A stretch of 64,000 nt of DNA from a virus: positions 64,001 through 128,000 of IMG/VR virus record IMGVR_UViG_3300032224_000591; one strand, given 5' to 3'. Positions 20,348-31,063 of this stretch are shown piece after piece (the stretch's first letter is position 1; every line of letters begins with the position of its first letter). The notes beneath the pieces were generated by a model. It made no database searches. It saw only the letters and a program-made list of their open reading frames with translations, and was not told the origin of the DNA. The position numbers and the translations under genes were made by a program.

Positions 20348-21382
20348 ATGACAGATCAAGTACAAAACGACATTGAAGAGGGCACGACTGCTGCTGACTC
20401 ACTTCATCCTGCTTCTCAGTCAGGCGGTTCTGATGAGGATTCCAAGTTTAGTGTAATCGCAAAGGCTATCGGTGCGATGCATGCCATGCGCAAGGAAGAC
20501 CTTGTTAAGTGGTTCGATCAGCAGCAAGCTGTATTCGGTCCTGGTAAGGATTATGGTGTCGGCGACAAGTCTGGTGCAAACCAGTCATCAATTGACATGG
20601 CAGCAGGCGCTGGTCCTAAGACACGTGACCCAATGCCGAAGCTCTCTGTCAAGGAAGATGTCGAGGAGATGTTCTCTGGTTCTGACCTTACTGAAGAGTT
20701 TAAGGAGAAGGCATCAACTCTATTCGAAGCAGCTCTCCATGCGCGCGTTATCGCTGAGACAGTACGTCTTGAGGAAGAGTTCGATGCTCGCCTTGAAGAG
20801 GCAGTTTCTGAAATCAATGAAGAGCTAACAACTAAGGTCGATTCCTATCTTGACTATGTAGTCGAGAGCTGGATGGAAGAGAACGCAGTTGCAATTGAGT
20901 CTACACTTCGTAACGAAGTTATGGATGAGTTCATTGAAGGCCTTAAGGGTCTATTCAACGAGCATTATATCAATATTCCTGAGAACAAGATTGACGTCCT
21001 TGAGTCCCTAGCTGACAAGGTACAAGAGCTCGAGGCACAGCTTGATGATTCAATCAACGAGAACATCGAAATCAAGCAGGCTTTTGTTGAAGCTGAAAAG
21101 GAAAATGTGTTCGAGTCGTTTGTTGATAGTCTAGCACTATCTCAACAGGAAAAGTTTAAGGCCCTCGCTGAGGGTATTACTTTCGACGGCGACGTTGAAA
21201 CATACGCTAAGAAGCTTTCCATCATTAAGGAAAAGTATTTCAACGGCGAGAAGACTGCACCCGTCTCAACTAATATCGAAGAAGAGACATTCGAGGGTGG
21301 AGAGACGCTTACAGAGTCAGTGTATGTTGACCCATCTGTAAACAGATATGTGCAGGCTATTTCGAGAACCCTTAAGAAGTAA
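20348..21382 (+). CDS. gp22: Prohead core scaffold gp22
   Basis: EEFKEKASTLFEAA, VDSYLDYVVE.W; TATAAATA upstream. Confidence 0.93.
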   Translation: MTDQVQNDIEEGTTAADSLHPASQSGGSDEDSKFSVIAKAIGAMHAMRKEDLVKWFDQQQAVFGPGKDYGVGDKSGANQSSIDMAAGAGPKTRDPMPKLSVKEDVEEMFSGSDLTEEFKEKASTLFEAALHARVIAETVRLEEEFDARLEEAVSEINEELTTKVDSYLDYVVESWMEENAVAIESTLRNEVMDEFIEGLKGLFNEHYINIPENKIDVLESLADKVQELEAQLDDSINENIEIKQAFVEAEKENVFESFVDSLALSQQEKFKALAEGITFDGDVETYAKKLSIIKEKYFNGEKTAPVSTNIEEETFEGGETLTESVYVDPSVNRYVQAISRTLKK

Positions 21383-21426
21383 GTCCTAATAAATAATATA
21401 CAACCAGAAACACAAAGGAGACACAA

Positions 21427-22854
21427 ATGTTTCTAGCTGAGGAAATTCAAAAGAAGTGGGCACCAGTCCTTGATCACGAAGGTCTTGGTGCTATTAAGGA
21501 TCAGACCCGTCGTTCAGTAACGGCAGTCGTCCTCGAGAATACAGAGCGCGCTCTTCGTGAGGCCGGCTCTCATGGTCAGTACCAGACACTTTCAGAGGCG
21601 CCTACAGCTGCTTCTGTAATTCCTGCGAACTTCATGGGCGGCTCGTCTTCAACAGCAGCAGCTGGCGGTATCGATACGTTCGATCCTGTTCTTATCTCTC
21701 TAGTCCGCCGTGCAATGCCTAACCTCATTGCATACGACATCTGCGGCGTTCAGCCGATGACTGGCCCAACCGGCCTGATCTTCGCAATGCGCAGCAAGTA
21801 TACAAACCAGGCTAACGGCAACAGCGGTTATACTGGCAACCAGAACAATGAAACTTTCTACAACGAAGTTAACACTGCGTTCTCGACTGTTTCTGGCAAC
21901 GTCACTACCTCAGCTGTTGGCTTTGGTCAGGGTAACACCACACAAGGTGCATTCACTGGTACAATCCCAGGTGCTTCTAACACATCTCCTCTATCAGCTG
22001 TTGGTACATACAACACTGGTACTGGAATGTCAACAGCACAGGCTGAAGCTCTTGGTACTTACAACAACTCAGACTTTGCTCAGATGGCATTCAGCATTGA
22101 GAAGGTTACCGTCACTGCAAAGTCACGTGCCCTTAAGGCTGAGTACTCAATGGAGCTAGCACAGGATCTTAAGGCCATTCACGGTCTAGATGCTGAGACA
22201 GAGCTTGCAAACATTCTTTCGGCTGAAATCCTTGCAGAAATCAACCGTGAAGTTGTTCGTACAATCAACATCACTGCTGTTGCCGGTGCTACCGACAATA
22301 CAACAACATCTGGCGTATTCGATCTTGATACAGATTCCAACGGTCGTTGGTCTGTTGAAAAGTTCAAGGGTCTTATGTTCCAGCTTGAGCGTGAAGCTAA
22401 CCAGATTGCTAAGCAGACTCGTCGCGGTAAGGGTAACATTGTTATCTGCTCTTCAGACGTTGCTTCAGCTCTTCAGATGGCCGGCGTTCTTGACTACACA
22501 CCTGCTCTTGCTAGCAACAACCTTCAGGTTGACGACACTGGCAACACCTTCGCTGGTGTTCTTAACGGTCGCCTAAAGGTCTATATCGATCCATACGCAA
22601 TCGGCGGTAACTACCTAGTGGTTGGTTATAAGGGCGCTTCAGCATTCGATGCTGGTCTCTTCTACTGCCCATACGTTCCGCTTCAGATGGTCCGCGCTGT
22701 TGACCAGTCAAGCTTCCAGCCTAAGATTGGTTTCAAGACTCGTTACGGAATGGTTGCAAACCCATTCGCAGAGGGTCTGAACCAGGGTTCTGGTGCTCTG
22801 ACAATCAACACCAACAAGTACTATCGTCGCGTTATCGTCAACAACCTGATGTAA
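21427..22854 (+). CDS. gp23: Major capsid protein gp23
   Basis: LVRRAMPNLIAYDICGVQPM.GPTG, KSRALKAEYS.ELAQDLKA.HGLDAE. Confidence 0.98.
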   Translation: MFLAEEIQKKWAPVLDHEGLGAIKDQTRRSVTAVVLENTERALREAGSHGQYQTLSEAPTAASVIPANFMGGSSSTAAAGGIDTFDPVLISLVRRAMPNLIAYDICGVQPMTGPTGLIFAMRSKYTNQANGNSGYTGNQNNETFYNEVNTAFSTVSGNVTTSAVGFGQGNTTQGAFTGTIPGASNTSPLSAVGTYNTGTGMSTAQAEALGTYNNSDFAQMAFSIEKVTVTAKSRALKAEYSMELAQDLKAIHGLDAETELANILSAEILAEINREVVRTINITAVAGATDNTTTSGVFDLDTDSNGRWSVEKFKGLMFQLEREANQIAKQTRRGKGNIVICSSDVASALQMAGVLDYTPALASNNLQVDDTGNTFAGVLNGRLKVYIDPYAIGGNYLVVGYKGASAFDAGLFYCPYVPLQMVRAVDQSSFQPKIGFKTRYGMVANPFAEGLNQGSGALTINTNKYYRRVIVNNLM

Positions 22855-22890
22855 TTCAGGAAAGAAGACGGTTTCAAGCCGCAAACTTTA

Positions 22891-22915
22891 AGGGCAGCTT
22901 CGGCTGCCCTTTTTT
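22891..22915 (+). terminator. Rho-independent terminator with cUUCGg tetraloop
   Basis: AGGGCAGC-TTCG-GCTGCCCT-TTTTT. Confidence 0.92.
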
Positions 22916-22918
22916 AGT

Positions 22919-22948
22919 ATGTACATCTGAGTCTATCTGCTGTATAAT
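22919..22948 (+). promoter_or_regulatory. Sigma70-type early/middle promoter
   Basis: ATGTACA-17-TATAAT with upstream TG, same family as the 41.5-43 kb promoters. Confidence 0.6.
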
Positions 22949-22997
22949 AGCTATATCAGGGACAACGATAAATAGGTAACCAATATGGAGACCTTGC

Positions 22998-23522
22998 ATG
23001 GCAGCCACTGATAACACCCCAACAAATAAGAACTTTCTAAGTCCGTTGAACTTTAAGTTCCTTCTGAAGAGAGCGCCTCATATTAATTTCTTTGTAGTCA
23101 AGGCTAATATCCCATCTATCTCACTTCCTGTGATTGATATTCCTAACGTCTTTATTGATATTCCTACCACTCAGACACATCTTAAATATGGCATATTCTC
23201 GATTACCTTTCAGGTTGATGAGGATATGCTGAACTATATGGAAATCCATGATTGGATCCGTGCACTCGGTTTCCCTGATAATTTCGATGAGTATAAGAAG
23301 CTGACTATGGTTCCTCAGTACACGGGCGAGGGACTACGCTCTGATATTGGATTAGTTATTCTCAACTCCACAAAGACACCAAACTTCGAGTTTGCCTTTC
23401 GTGATGCCTTCCCAACATATTTGTCAGATGTTACTTTTGACACGACCCTTCAAGATGTACAGTATATCACGGCTACGGCTGAGTTTGCATATACTATGTA
23501 CGATGTCACTCGACCTGACTAA
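22998..23522 (+). CDS. gp3: Tail tube terminator / tail completion protein gp3
   Basis: NFLSP..FKF, VDEDM.NY.EI.DW, F.DAFPT.LS. Confidence 0.85.
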   Translation: MAATDNTPTNKNFLSPLNFKFLLKRAPHINFFVVKANIPSISLPVIDIPNVFIDIPTTQTHLKYGIFSITFQVDEDMLNYMEIHDWIRALGFPDNFDEYKKLTMVPQYTGEGLRSDIGLVILNSTKTPNFEFAFRDAFPTYLSDVTFDTTLQDVQYITATAEFAYTMYDVTRPD

Positions 23523-23528
23523 AAACTA

Positions 23529-23558
23529 GTTTACATTCACTGAAATCTGTGGTATAAT
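23529..23558 (+). promoter_or_regulatory. T4-type early promoter
   Basis: GTTTACA...TGTGGTATAAT. Confidence 0.8.
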
Positions 23559-23586
23559 TAAACCTCAGAATAAGTCAGGATGTATT

Positions 23587-24021
23587 ATGAAGCTAGAAGA
23601 CATTTATGAAGAGTGGAAGAAAGACTCAGACATCGACAAGACAGAGCTCGGTGATGAGGCATTAAAGATCCCCAAACTCCATCATAAGTACTATCAGATG
23701 TTCACACATGAGCGTCTGCTTCTTCGTAAATACGAGGCTGATTTCAAGAACCTCAAACTCTCTAAGTATGAGTTCTATACTATGGGGCCGACTGAGGAAT
23801 CTAGGGATAAAGGTTGGCAGCTACCTGCGCGCGGTATGATCCTTAAATCGGATCTACCTATGTACATGGAAGCTGATAAAGATATTGTTGACATGTCGCT
23901 ACGAATTGGTATGCAGCAGGAGAAGATTGAGCTCCTAGAGTCTATCATCAAGAGCCTTGTTAATAGAGGGTTTCAAATTAAGTCTGCAATTGAGTGGACA
24001 AAATTCACCATGGGTGCTTGA
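23587..24021 (+). CDS. uvsY: Recombination mediator UvsY
   Basis: W..DS.ID...L, LH.KY, RGFQIKSAIEW.KF..G. Confidence 0.92.
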   Translation: MKLEDIYEEWKKDSDIDKTELGDEALKIPKLHHKYYQMFTHERLLLRKYEADFKNLKLSKYEFYTMGPTEESRDKGWQLPARGMILKSDLPMYMEADKDIVDMSLRIGMQQEKIELLESIIKSLVNRGFQIKSAIEWTKFTMGA

Positions 24022-25475
24022 TGGAAATAATTGAGATCAGTCGATCTGATCACATATATAATAAGATTAGTGCTGAACCTAGTATCATGATGGAGCTCAA
24101 TGAGCACTTCACATTTGAGGTACCAGGTGCAAAGTTTATGCCATCCTATAAGAGTAAGTTCTGGGATGGTAAGATTCGTTTGTTTAATCCAATGACTGGA
24201 CTATTGTATGCCGGACTTAACTCTAAGGTAGAGAAGTTCGCCAACAGCCGTAACTATCAAATCATCTATACGTCAGACTTCTCGCAGGCAGAGTTCTCTC
24301 TAAAAGAGGCCAATGACTTTATTGACACACTAGGTATCCCCGATAAATACGAGCGTAGAGACTATCAAGTTCAAGCCTTTGCTCACGCAGTACGTAATCA
24401 TAGAGCCTTGATGCTATCGCCGACGGCTTCTGGTAAGTCGTTTATCATATACCTATTAGTGAGATACTATCATGCACGCACTCTTATTATTGTGCCAACT
24501 ACTTCTCTGGTTAGTCAACTTGCCTCTGACTTTGCTGACTATGGTTTTGTATCTGATCGGTTCGTTCATCGAATCTTTGCTGGACAAGATAAACAAACGG
24601 ATAAACCGGTTACCATCTCAACCTGGCAGTCCATATATAAGATGCCTAAAGAGTACTTCCAACAATTTGATGTGGTCGTAGGTGATGAAGCTCACCTCTT
24701 TAAAGCAAAGAGTCTTACTTCTATTATGTCTAAGCTTAGCGGTTGCGCATATCGTTTTGGTTTCACTGGTACTCTTGACGGCGCCGAGACGAACGAACTC
24801 GTGCTTCAGGGTCTCTTCGGCGATGTTAAAAGAGTTACAACAACCTCAGAACTGATCGAGCAGAAACATCTATCAGACTTTAGAATCAAGATCATAGTGC
24901 TCAAGTACTCTGATGAGATTAAGAAGTCGCTGAAGGATACTGACTATCAGGCTGAGATGGACTTCTTAGTCAGGAACGAAGCGCGTAACAACTTTATTAA
25001 GAATCTAGCGTTATCACTTGAGGGTAACACACTTTTGCTGTTTCAATTTGTTGAAAAGCATGGTATAATGTTACATAATGAAATTAAGAAGGCTACAAAT
25101 AAGCCTGTTCACTTTGTCTATGGAGGTGTTGATGGGGATGATCGTGAAGCAATACGTAAGCTCGTGGAAGAGTCGACATCCAGTATTATCGTCGCTTCTT
25201 ACGGAACTTTCTCTACCGGTGTCAACATTCGTAATCTGCATAACGTTATATTTGCAAGTCCTTCAAAATCTAAAATAAGAAACTTACAGTCCATTGGACG
25301 CGGTCTAAGGAAAGCCGAGTCGAAGGAGGAAGCTGTACTCTACGATATAGCCGACGATCTTACGTGGAAGACACGTAAGAACTTTACACTACTTCATTTG
25401 GCAGAACGTGTCAAGATCTACAACGAGGAAGGGTTCGACTACAAGATCTACCAAGTCGCCCTCAAGGAATCATAA
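24021..25475 (+). CDS. uvsW: DNA helicase UvsW
   Basis: WDGKIRL, SPTASGKS, DEAH, LQSIGRGLR. Confidence 0.96.
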   Translation: MEIIEISRSDHIYNKISAEPSIMMELNEHFTFEVPGAKFMPSYKSKFWDGKIRLFNPMTGLLYAGLNSKVEKFANSRNYQIIYTSDFSQAEFSLKEANDFIDTLGIPDKYERRDYQVQAFAHAVRNHRALMLSPTASGKSFIIYLLVRYYHARTLIIVPTTSLVSQLASDFADYGFVSDRFVHRIFAGQDKQTDKPVTISTWQSIYKMPKEYFQQFDVVVGDEAHLFKAKSLTSIMSKLSGCAYRFGFTGTLDGAETNELVLQGLFGDVKRVTTTSELIEQKHLSDFRIKIIVLKYSDEIKKSLKDTDYQAEMDFLVRNEARNNFIKNLALSLEGNTLLLFQFVEKHGIMLHNEIKKATNKPVHFVYGGVDGDDREAIRKLVEESTSSIIVASYGTFSTGVNIRNLHNVIFASPSKSKIRNLQSIGRGLRKAESKEEAVLYDIADDLTWKTRKNFTLLHLAERVKIYNEEGFDYKIYQVALKES

Positions 25476-26047
25476 TGGAAACATATGTTAAACCTAAAGC
25501 TAAAAAGCACTATGTAAATAATAAGGACCTCTACCTTGCTATGGTAGCATGGAAGGAGAAGGTCGAGTTAGCTAAAACTCAAGACAGGCAACAACCTATT
25601 ATTCCAGATTATGTAGGCACGTGCTTTATGTTGATTTGCAATAAGCTATCAACCAAGCCAAACTTTATGAACTACTCTTATAGAGATGAGATGGTAGCTG
25701 ATGCGATCGAGAATTGTGTTGCAGCGGCACACAGCTTTGATCCAGCCAAATCAACCAACCCATTTGCATACTTTACGCAGATTGCATGGAATGCAATGTT
25801 GAGACGTATTGCTAAAGAGAAGAAGCAGTCATACGTCAAGCATAAGAACTTTGAGCATATCAATATGTTTGGCGAATTATCTGCTGAAGTCAACCATGGT
25901 CAGAAACTACACAACGAGTACTCTGAGGATCTAATTAGAAACTTTGAGGAAAAGCTTTTAAAGAACTCTAAGAAGGCTAAAGAAGCCGGTCTTGATAAGT
26001 TTATCGAGGAAGTGAAAAATGAAGAACCTACATCTAGTGCCAGTTAA
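25475..26047 (+). CDS. gp55: Late-transcription sigma factor gp55
   Basis: HYVNNK, PNF.NYSYRDEM, NPFAYFTQI. Confidence 0.95.
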   Translation: METYVKPKAKKHYVNNKDLYLAMVAWKEKVELAKTQDRQQPIIPDYVGTCFMLICNKLSTKPNFMNYSYRDEMVADAIENCVAAAHSFDPAKSTNPFAYFTQIAWNAMLRRIAKEKKQSYVKHKNFEHINMFGELSAEVNHGQKLHNEYSEDLIRNFEEKLLKNSKKAKEAGLDKFIEEVKNEEPTSSAS

Positions 26048-26207
26048 TATCCAAGACCTCGTCGAGAAGATGATGGACAAGAACACAAGAGATAACGAGA
26101 AGTATAACTATACTATTCGTGTAGAGGCTATTCGTGACTTTTGTAGTGAGGCAATTCGACAGACAGAGAATAAGATCTCTGCTCAGAAGAAGTTCGTTCG
26201 TAAATGA
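26019..26207 (+). CDS. Hypothetical protein
   Basis: 62-aa ORF coupled between gp55 and gp47. Confidence 0.7.
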   Translation: MKNLHLVPVNIQDLVEKMMDKNTRDNEKYNYTIRVEAIRDFCSEAIRQTENKISAQKKFVRK

Positions 26208-27268
26208 AGATAGCGCTGATCACTGATACACATTGGGGTGTTCGTAATGATAACATTGCGTTCATGGACAACAGTAAGAAGTTCCTAGATGATATTTTCT
26301 TCCCATATCTGGATCAACACCATATTACCACTGTATGTCACCTGGGCGACCTGGTTGATAGGCGTAAGTACATTAACTACAATACTGCTTTCCGCCTTAG
26401 GCAAGATTTTCTCGCTCCAATTTTTGAGCGTGGCATCGATCTACACATTATTGCTGGCAACCATGATACTTATTTCAAGAACACTAATAGAGTCAATGCT
26501 CTAGATGAACTTGTAAGAGGTCGTTACAAGTTCAATGTTTACGACCAGATTCCACGTGAGGTGGAGTTTGATGACTGTACTGTTCTAATGCTACCATGGA
26601 TATGTGATGAGAATAGAGAAATCTGCCTACAAAAAGTCCGCACAACTCCTGCTTCAATCGTTATGGGACATCTCGAGCTTGCTGGTTTTGAAATGTACAG
26701 AGGCTCTATGGTCTCTCATGGAGATGATCGCAGTCCTTTTGATCGTTTTAATATGGTTCTTAGTGGTCACTATCACCATCGTTCCTCTGACGGCACTATC
26801 TATTATTTGGGAAGCCATGCGGAGTTCACGTGGTCAGACTACGACGATCCGAAAGGATTCCATATCCTAGACACTGATACAAAAAAGTTGGAGTTTATCA
26901 AAAATCCATTTTCAATGTTCGAGAAAGTGTGGTATAATGATACTGATCCTGGAAAAGAACCACAAGGTATTGATCTAAGTTACTTGAAGGGTAAGATCGT
27001 CAAGGTCATCGTCACTAGTAAGTCTAATCCATATCTGTTCGATAAGTTTATTGAGCAGATTGAGAAGGTTGGTGTTCTCGAGATGCAGATCGTTGATGAT
27101 CATATGAACCTTGGATTAGTGAATGATGATGACATCGTGAATGAGGCAGAGTCAACTATTGACATCTTCAAGACATACATATCCGGTATGGAGGTGCAGA
27201 ACGTTGACAAGCGTCGCCTCGAGAATACTATCACTGAACTTTACAATGAAGCGTTGACAATCGAATGA
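26204..27268 (+). CDS. gp47: Recombination endonuclease subunit gp47 (Mre11/SbcD-like)
   Basis: DTHWG, GDLVDRR, GNHD, SGHYH. Confidence 0.95.
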   Translation: MKIALITDTHWGVRNDNIAFMDNSKKFLDDIFFPYLDQHHITTVCHLGDLVDRRKYINYNTAFRLRQDFLAPIFERGIDLHIIAGNHDTYFKNTNRVNALDELVRGRYKFNVYDQIPREVEFDDCTVLMLPWICDENREICLQKVRTTPASIVMGHLELAGFEMYRGSMVSHGDDRSPFDRFNMVLSGHYHHRSSDGTIYYLGSHAEFTWSDYDDPKGFHILDTDTKKLEFIKNPFSMFEKVWYNDTDPGKEPQGIDLSYLKGKIVKVIVTSKSNPYLFDKFIEQIEKVGVLEMQIVDDHMNLGLVNDDDIVNEAESTIDIFKTYISGMEVQNVDKRRLENTITELYNEALTIE

Positions 27269-28974
27269 TCCTTTTCAAAACCCTGAGATGGAAGAATATC
27301 CTTAGTACTGGGAATATCTTCACCGAGGTTGACTTAAACAAATCTAATACAACGTTGATCGTCGGGGAGAATGGAGCTGGAAAGTCCACAATCCTCGACG
27401 CTTTGACGTACGCTTTGTTTGGTAAACCATTCCGTAAAATCACGAAGCCACAGCTTGTAAACTCTATCACTCGTAAGGACATGGTTGTAGAGATTGAGTT
27501 TGCTATTGGCCGTAATGAGTACATAATTCGTCGTGGCATGAAGCCTAACCTGTTTGAGGTATACCAGAATGGTACCATGCTCAATCAGTCTGCTGAGATG
27601 CGTGACTATCAAGAGTATCTTGAGAAGCATATCCTGAAGCTGAACCTTAAGTCATTCTGTCAGGTTGTCGTACTTGGTTCTGCAACATTTCAACCATTCA
27701 TGCAGCTTGCAGCAGCGCAGCGCAGAGAGATTATTGAGGACCTATTGGACCTACAGATCTTTACAACAATGAATACTCTGTTGAAGGATCGTGTCGCAAA
27801 GAATAATGAAGAGGTATCTGATGCCAATACTGACCAGAAACTTATCCTTGAGAGAATCAAGCTTTTCCATGAAGCCATGGCGGAGAAGCAAAATAGTAAT
27901 GAGAAAATCATTGCTGACAAAGTGGAGCGTATTGAGGAGACGAATCAAAAAGTCGAGTCTCTTAACGAACAATACTGGGAATTTGACAAAAAGATACAAA
28001 GCGGTCGCGAATCTACTGGGGACATGGATTCCATAAACAAGAAGATCACACAGCTCTCACAACTAAAGCATAAGATCGAAGCAAGGAAGTCATTGCTACT
28101 CAATGATGTTCGCTTCTTTGAAGAGCATGATGGTTGTCCTACATGTAAGCAAGAGATTGATGCATACTTTAAGGATGAAACTCTAAAGTCGAAGAAGAGT
28201 GAGATTCAAACTATCGATGGTGGGCTTGAAGAGCTGGTCAATCAGTACAACGCAACTAATCAGCGTCTATCTGATATTATGGATATTCACTCTCAGATCA
28301 ATAATGATAGTATGTCACAGTACAAGATTAAGAGCAATATCGACGCTCTCATCAAGTATCGTGAACAGCTTGAGAGAGACATCAGCCAAATCAATAGTGT
28401 TCAAGCTATTGATGAGGACTATAAGATCTCTGAGCTTGAGCAAGCACTATCTGCATCAACTGATGCGCTGACAAAATTGCTTGAGCAGAAGCAGGTATAT
28501 GTTGCAGCATCTGCCCTGTTGAAGGATGGTGGTATCAAGGCAAGGATTATCAAGCAGTATGTTCCTGTTATTAATAAGCTCATCAATAAATATCTTAGTT
28601 CTATGGATTTCTTTGTGCAGTTCGAACTCGATGAAGAGTTTAATGAAACAATCAAGTCCAGGTTTAGAGATGCCTTTTCTTATGCTTCCTTCTCTGAAGG
28701 GGAAAAGATGCGCATTAACCTTGCGATCCTGTTTACTTGGCGTGCTGTTGCTAAACTCCGCAATTCAGTTAGCACTAATCTACTCATTCTCGATGAGATA
28801 ATGGATAGCTCGCTTGATAACAATGGTACCGAGGAGTTCCTGAAGATTCTTCTTCAGTTCACAAAGGATACTAACACCTTCATCATCAGTCATAAGACAG
28901 ACCAACTTGTCGATAAGTTTGAGTCGGTGCTTAAGTTTGAGAAGAAGCAAAACTTTAGTAAGGTAGCTGCGTGA
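27265..28974 (+). CDS. gp46: Recombination ATPase subunit gp46 (Rad50/SbcC-like)
   Basis: GENGAGKST, CPTC zinc hook, FSEGEK, LILDE. Confidence 0.96.
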   Translation: MILFKTLRWKNILSTGNIFTEVDLNKSNTTLIVGENGAGKSTILDALTYALFGKPFRKITKPQLVNSITRKDMVVEIEFAIGRNEYIIRRGMKPNLFEVYQNGTMLNQSAEMRDYQEYLEKHILKLNLKSFCQVVVLGSATFQPFMQLAAAQRREIIEDLLDLQIFTTMNTLLKDRVAKNNEEVSDANTDQKLILERIKLFHEAMAEKQNSNEKIIADKVERIEETNQKVESLNEQYWEFDKKIQSGRESTGDMDSINKKITQLSQLKHKIEARKSLLLNDVRFFEEHDGCPTCKQEIDAYFKDETLKSKKSEIQTIDGGLEELVNQYNATNQRLSDIMDIHSQINNDSMSQYKIKSNIDALIKYREQLERDISQINSVQAIDEDYKISELEQALSASTDALTKLLEQKQVYVAASALLKDGGIKARIIKQYVPVINKLINKYLSSMDFFVQFELDEEFNETIKSRFRDAFSYASFSEGEKMRINLAILFTWRAVAKLRNSVSTNLLILDEIMDSSLDNNGTEEFLKILLQFTKDTNTFIISHKTDQLVDKFESVLKFEKKQNFSKVAA

Positions 28975-29558
28975 TGTTTGAAACACTGGTTATTGATGAT
29001 GTACTAGATAGAGTGTATGCGCGTGATCTACATACTATGATCATGCGTGATGCGACATGGAAGTTTCTTAATGATGTGAGCGGAGCCGAGAACCAGTCAT
29101 TTCCATCACATGGGTTTTCCCATCTGATGAAGCATCCTGATGCTGATAATGTCAGCAATCTATATAAACCGGTAACTGGTCTTTTTACTGATGTTTTTAA
29201 GAGCTTTGATCTTAGTGACATCTATCATACGCGTATCTTCCTTCAGTTGCCATTGGCTGAACCTTATATGAAGGAACATAATGGTGTGCATGTGGATCTT
29301 CCTGCGACAATGCCCCATGTTGCTGCAGTTTACTATGTAAATGGCAGCGATGGTGAGACGATCATCTATGAACAAACGTCTGATGCTGTTGTAGGTGGTG
29401 CAAATGTAAAGCTTGACGAGCATGCAAGAGTAAAACCTAAGCGTGGTCGTATGGTACTATTCGACGGCTTACGCTATCATTGCAGTTCACAACCAAAGAT
29501 CAACTATCGCTGTATCATCAACTTCGACCTATTAAAGGGTGAAAATGCTTCTAGTTAA
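28971..29558 (+). CDS. Fe(II)/2OG-dependent oxygenase
   Basis: HVD...YYVN.SDG.T...PK.GR..LFDG..YH.S...R..IN. Confidence 0.8.
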   Translation: MMFETLVIDDVLDRVYARDLHTMIMRDATWKFLNDVSGAENQSFPSHGFSHLMKHPDADNVSNLYKPVTGLFTDVFKSFDLSDIYHTRIFLQLPLAEPYMKEHNGVHVDLPATMPHVAAVYYVNGSDGETIIYEQTSDAVVGGANVKLDEHARVKPKRGRMVLFDGLRYHCSSQPKINYRCIINFDLLKGENASS

Positions 29559-30051
29559 ACACACTGATCCTATTCTGCATGAAACATGCAAACCATTTGA
29601 CTTCTCGAATCCACCTATGGATTCAGTACAATTAGCTAAAGACATGGTTCACTTTATGTACGAAGTCAATGGTATCGGCTTAGCTGCAAATCAGGTTGGA
29701 CTTCCTTATCGAGTTTTTGCTATGCGTGGCCACCCTGAAAACTTTGTATGTTTCAATCCAAAGATTGTACATTTCGGTGACACCGTGGTACAATTAGAAG
29801 AAGGTTGCGTTACGTATCCTGGTATGATAGTCAAAGTCAAGCGACCGCAGTCTATCAGAGTTAGGTACCATATGGCAAATGGTGATGTGCGCACTGATAC
29901 CTTTACCGGTATGTCGGCTAGAATCTTTCAGCATGAGCTAGACCATCTAGATGGCATCATGTTCTACGAAAGAGCTAATCGATACCATCGCGAATTGGCA
30001 ATGAAGAAGTGGAAGCGAAATGAAGTACTCGTTAGTTCGTCAGGGGGATAG
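29539..30051 (+). CDS. def: Peptide deformylase
   Basis: GIGLAANQ, EGC, QHELDHLDG. Confidence 0.95.
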   Translation: MKMLLVKHTDPILHETCKPFDFSNPPMDSVQLAKDMVHFMYEVNGIGLAANQVGLPYRVFAMRGHPENFVCFNPKIVHFGDTVVQLEEGCVTYPGMIVKVKRPQSIRVRYHMANGDVRTDTFTGMSARIFQHELDHLDGIMFYERANRYHRELAMKKWKRNEVLVSSSGG

Positions 30052-30304
30052 AAGCGCTGGTGATTCTGGACCTATGTCTGAAATCCTAGATGCTGAAAGC
30101 TATCAGCCAATTCCAGGAGAGGTGTATCCTCGAGTTGGTTGTGGCATTCGAGTTGGTTCACCGTATGGTCGCACCTACTCAGCACAAGATTATTGGCAGA
30201 CCACACCTATCACAGAAATTACCGATGAATGGGTTGATGAAAATGGATTCAGCCATGTCAGGTTTAAGACTAAGAATTCTGTGTATATCTGGAAGGAGTT
30301 TTGA
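30020..30304 (+). CDS. Hypothetical protein
   Basis: 94-aa ORF; WQTT.ITEI...FKT.NS.Y pattern. Confidence 0.7.
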   Translation: MKYSLVRQGDRSAGDSGPMSEILDAESYQPIPGEVYPRVGCGIRVGSPYGRTYSAQDYWQTTPITEITDEWVDENGFSHVRFKTKNSVYIWKEF

Positions 30305-30873
30305 TGAATATCTTTTATGTAGATCGTGACCCCGTAGTTGCGGCTCAGTGTCTAGTTGATAAGCATGTAGTCAAGATGATCCTCGAGAGCGCTCAGTTGC
30401 TCTCGACGGCTCATCGTATCCTTGATGGTGAGGAACGTGTTCAACAACGTTTAATACCTGGCACACTAGAGAATCCCATGTATCGTAAGCATCGTACGTG
30501 GAAGCTTCCCGACTCTCGGGATGATACGATGTATCAGGCTACGCATGTCAATCATCCATCTGCTGTGTGGTGCCGAACTTCGATAGAGAACTATAATTGG
30601 CTGGCAGATCACTTCCATGCTCTGCTGTGCGAGTATACGTATCGCTACGGAAAGATCCACAAGTGTGCACTAGATATTAGCTATCTGCTTATGTCCCCTC
30701 CACTAGAGTTGAAGGAGTGGGACATGACTACGATGCCGAGCTGTATGCCTGATGAGTACAAAGTTTCTGATGACCCATGTACAAACTATCGAATGTACTA
30801 TACAATAGGTAAATCAAAGTTGCACAAGTGGACTAAGCGCCAACCTCCGGAGTGGATTAATGGAAACGACTAA
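30301..30873 (+). CDS. Pyrimidine-dimer DNA glycosylase (DenV-like)
   Basis: MNIF..D.DP..AAQ...DKHVVKMILESAQLLST, H.NHP..VW, EY..RYGK.H. Confidence 0.8.
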   Translation: MMNIFYVDRDPVVAAQCLVDKHVVKMILESAQLLSTAHRILDGEERVQQRLIPGTLENPMYRKHRTWKLPDSRDDTMYQATHVNHPSAVWCRTSIENYNWLADHFHALLCEYTYRYGKIHKCALDISYLLMSPPLELKEWDMTTMPSCMPDEYKVSDDPCTNYRMYYTIGKSKLHKWTKRQPPEWINGND

Positions 30874-31063
30874 AGTAGCAGATAGAATGGCAGAGCTCAT
30901 GCTGCCAGTAGATGAGCAGATCATGATGTGTGATGGTGCTGAGGACGTTATGATGATGGCTTGTGCCATGCTTCAGAGGGTCACTGAGATGCTTGATGCA
31001 ACTATGGGTGTAGAAGGTCGTATGCAGCTTCTTAAAGAAATGGCAAATGGAGAGATTCAATGA
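30860..31063 (+). CDS. Hypothetical protein
   Basis: Coupled ORF. Confidence 0.65.
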   Translation: METTKVADRMAELMLPVDEQIMMCDGAEDVMMMACAMLQRVTEMLDATMGVEGRMQLLKEMANGEIQ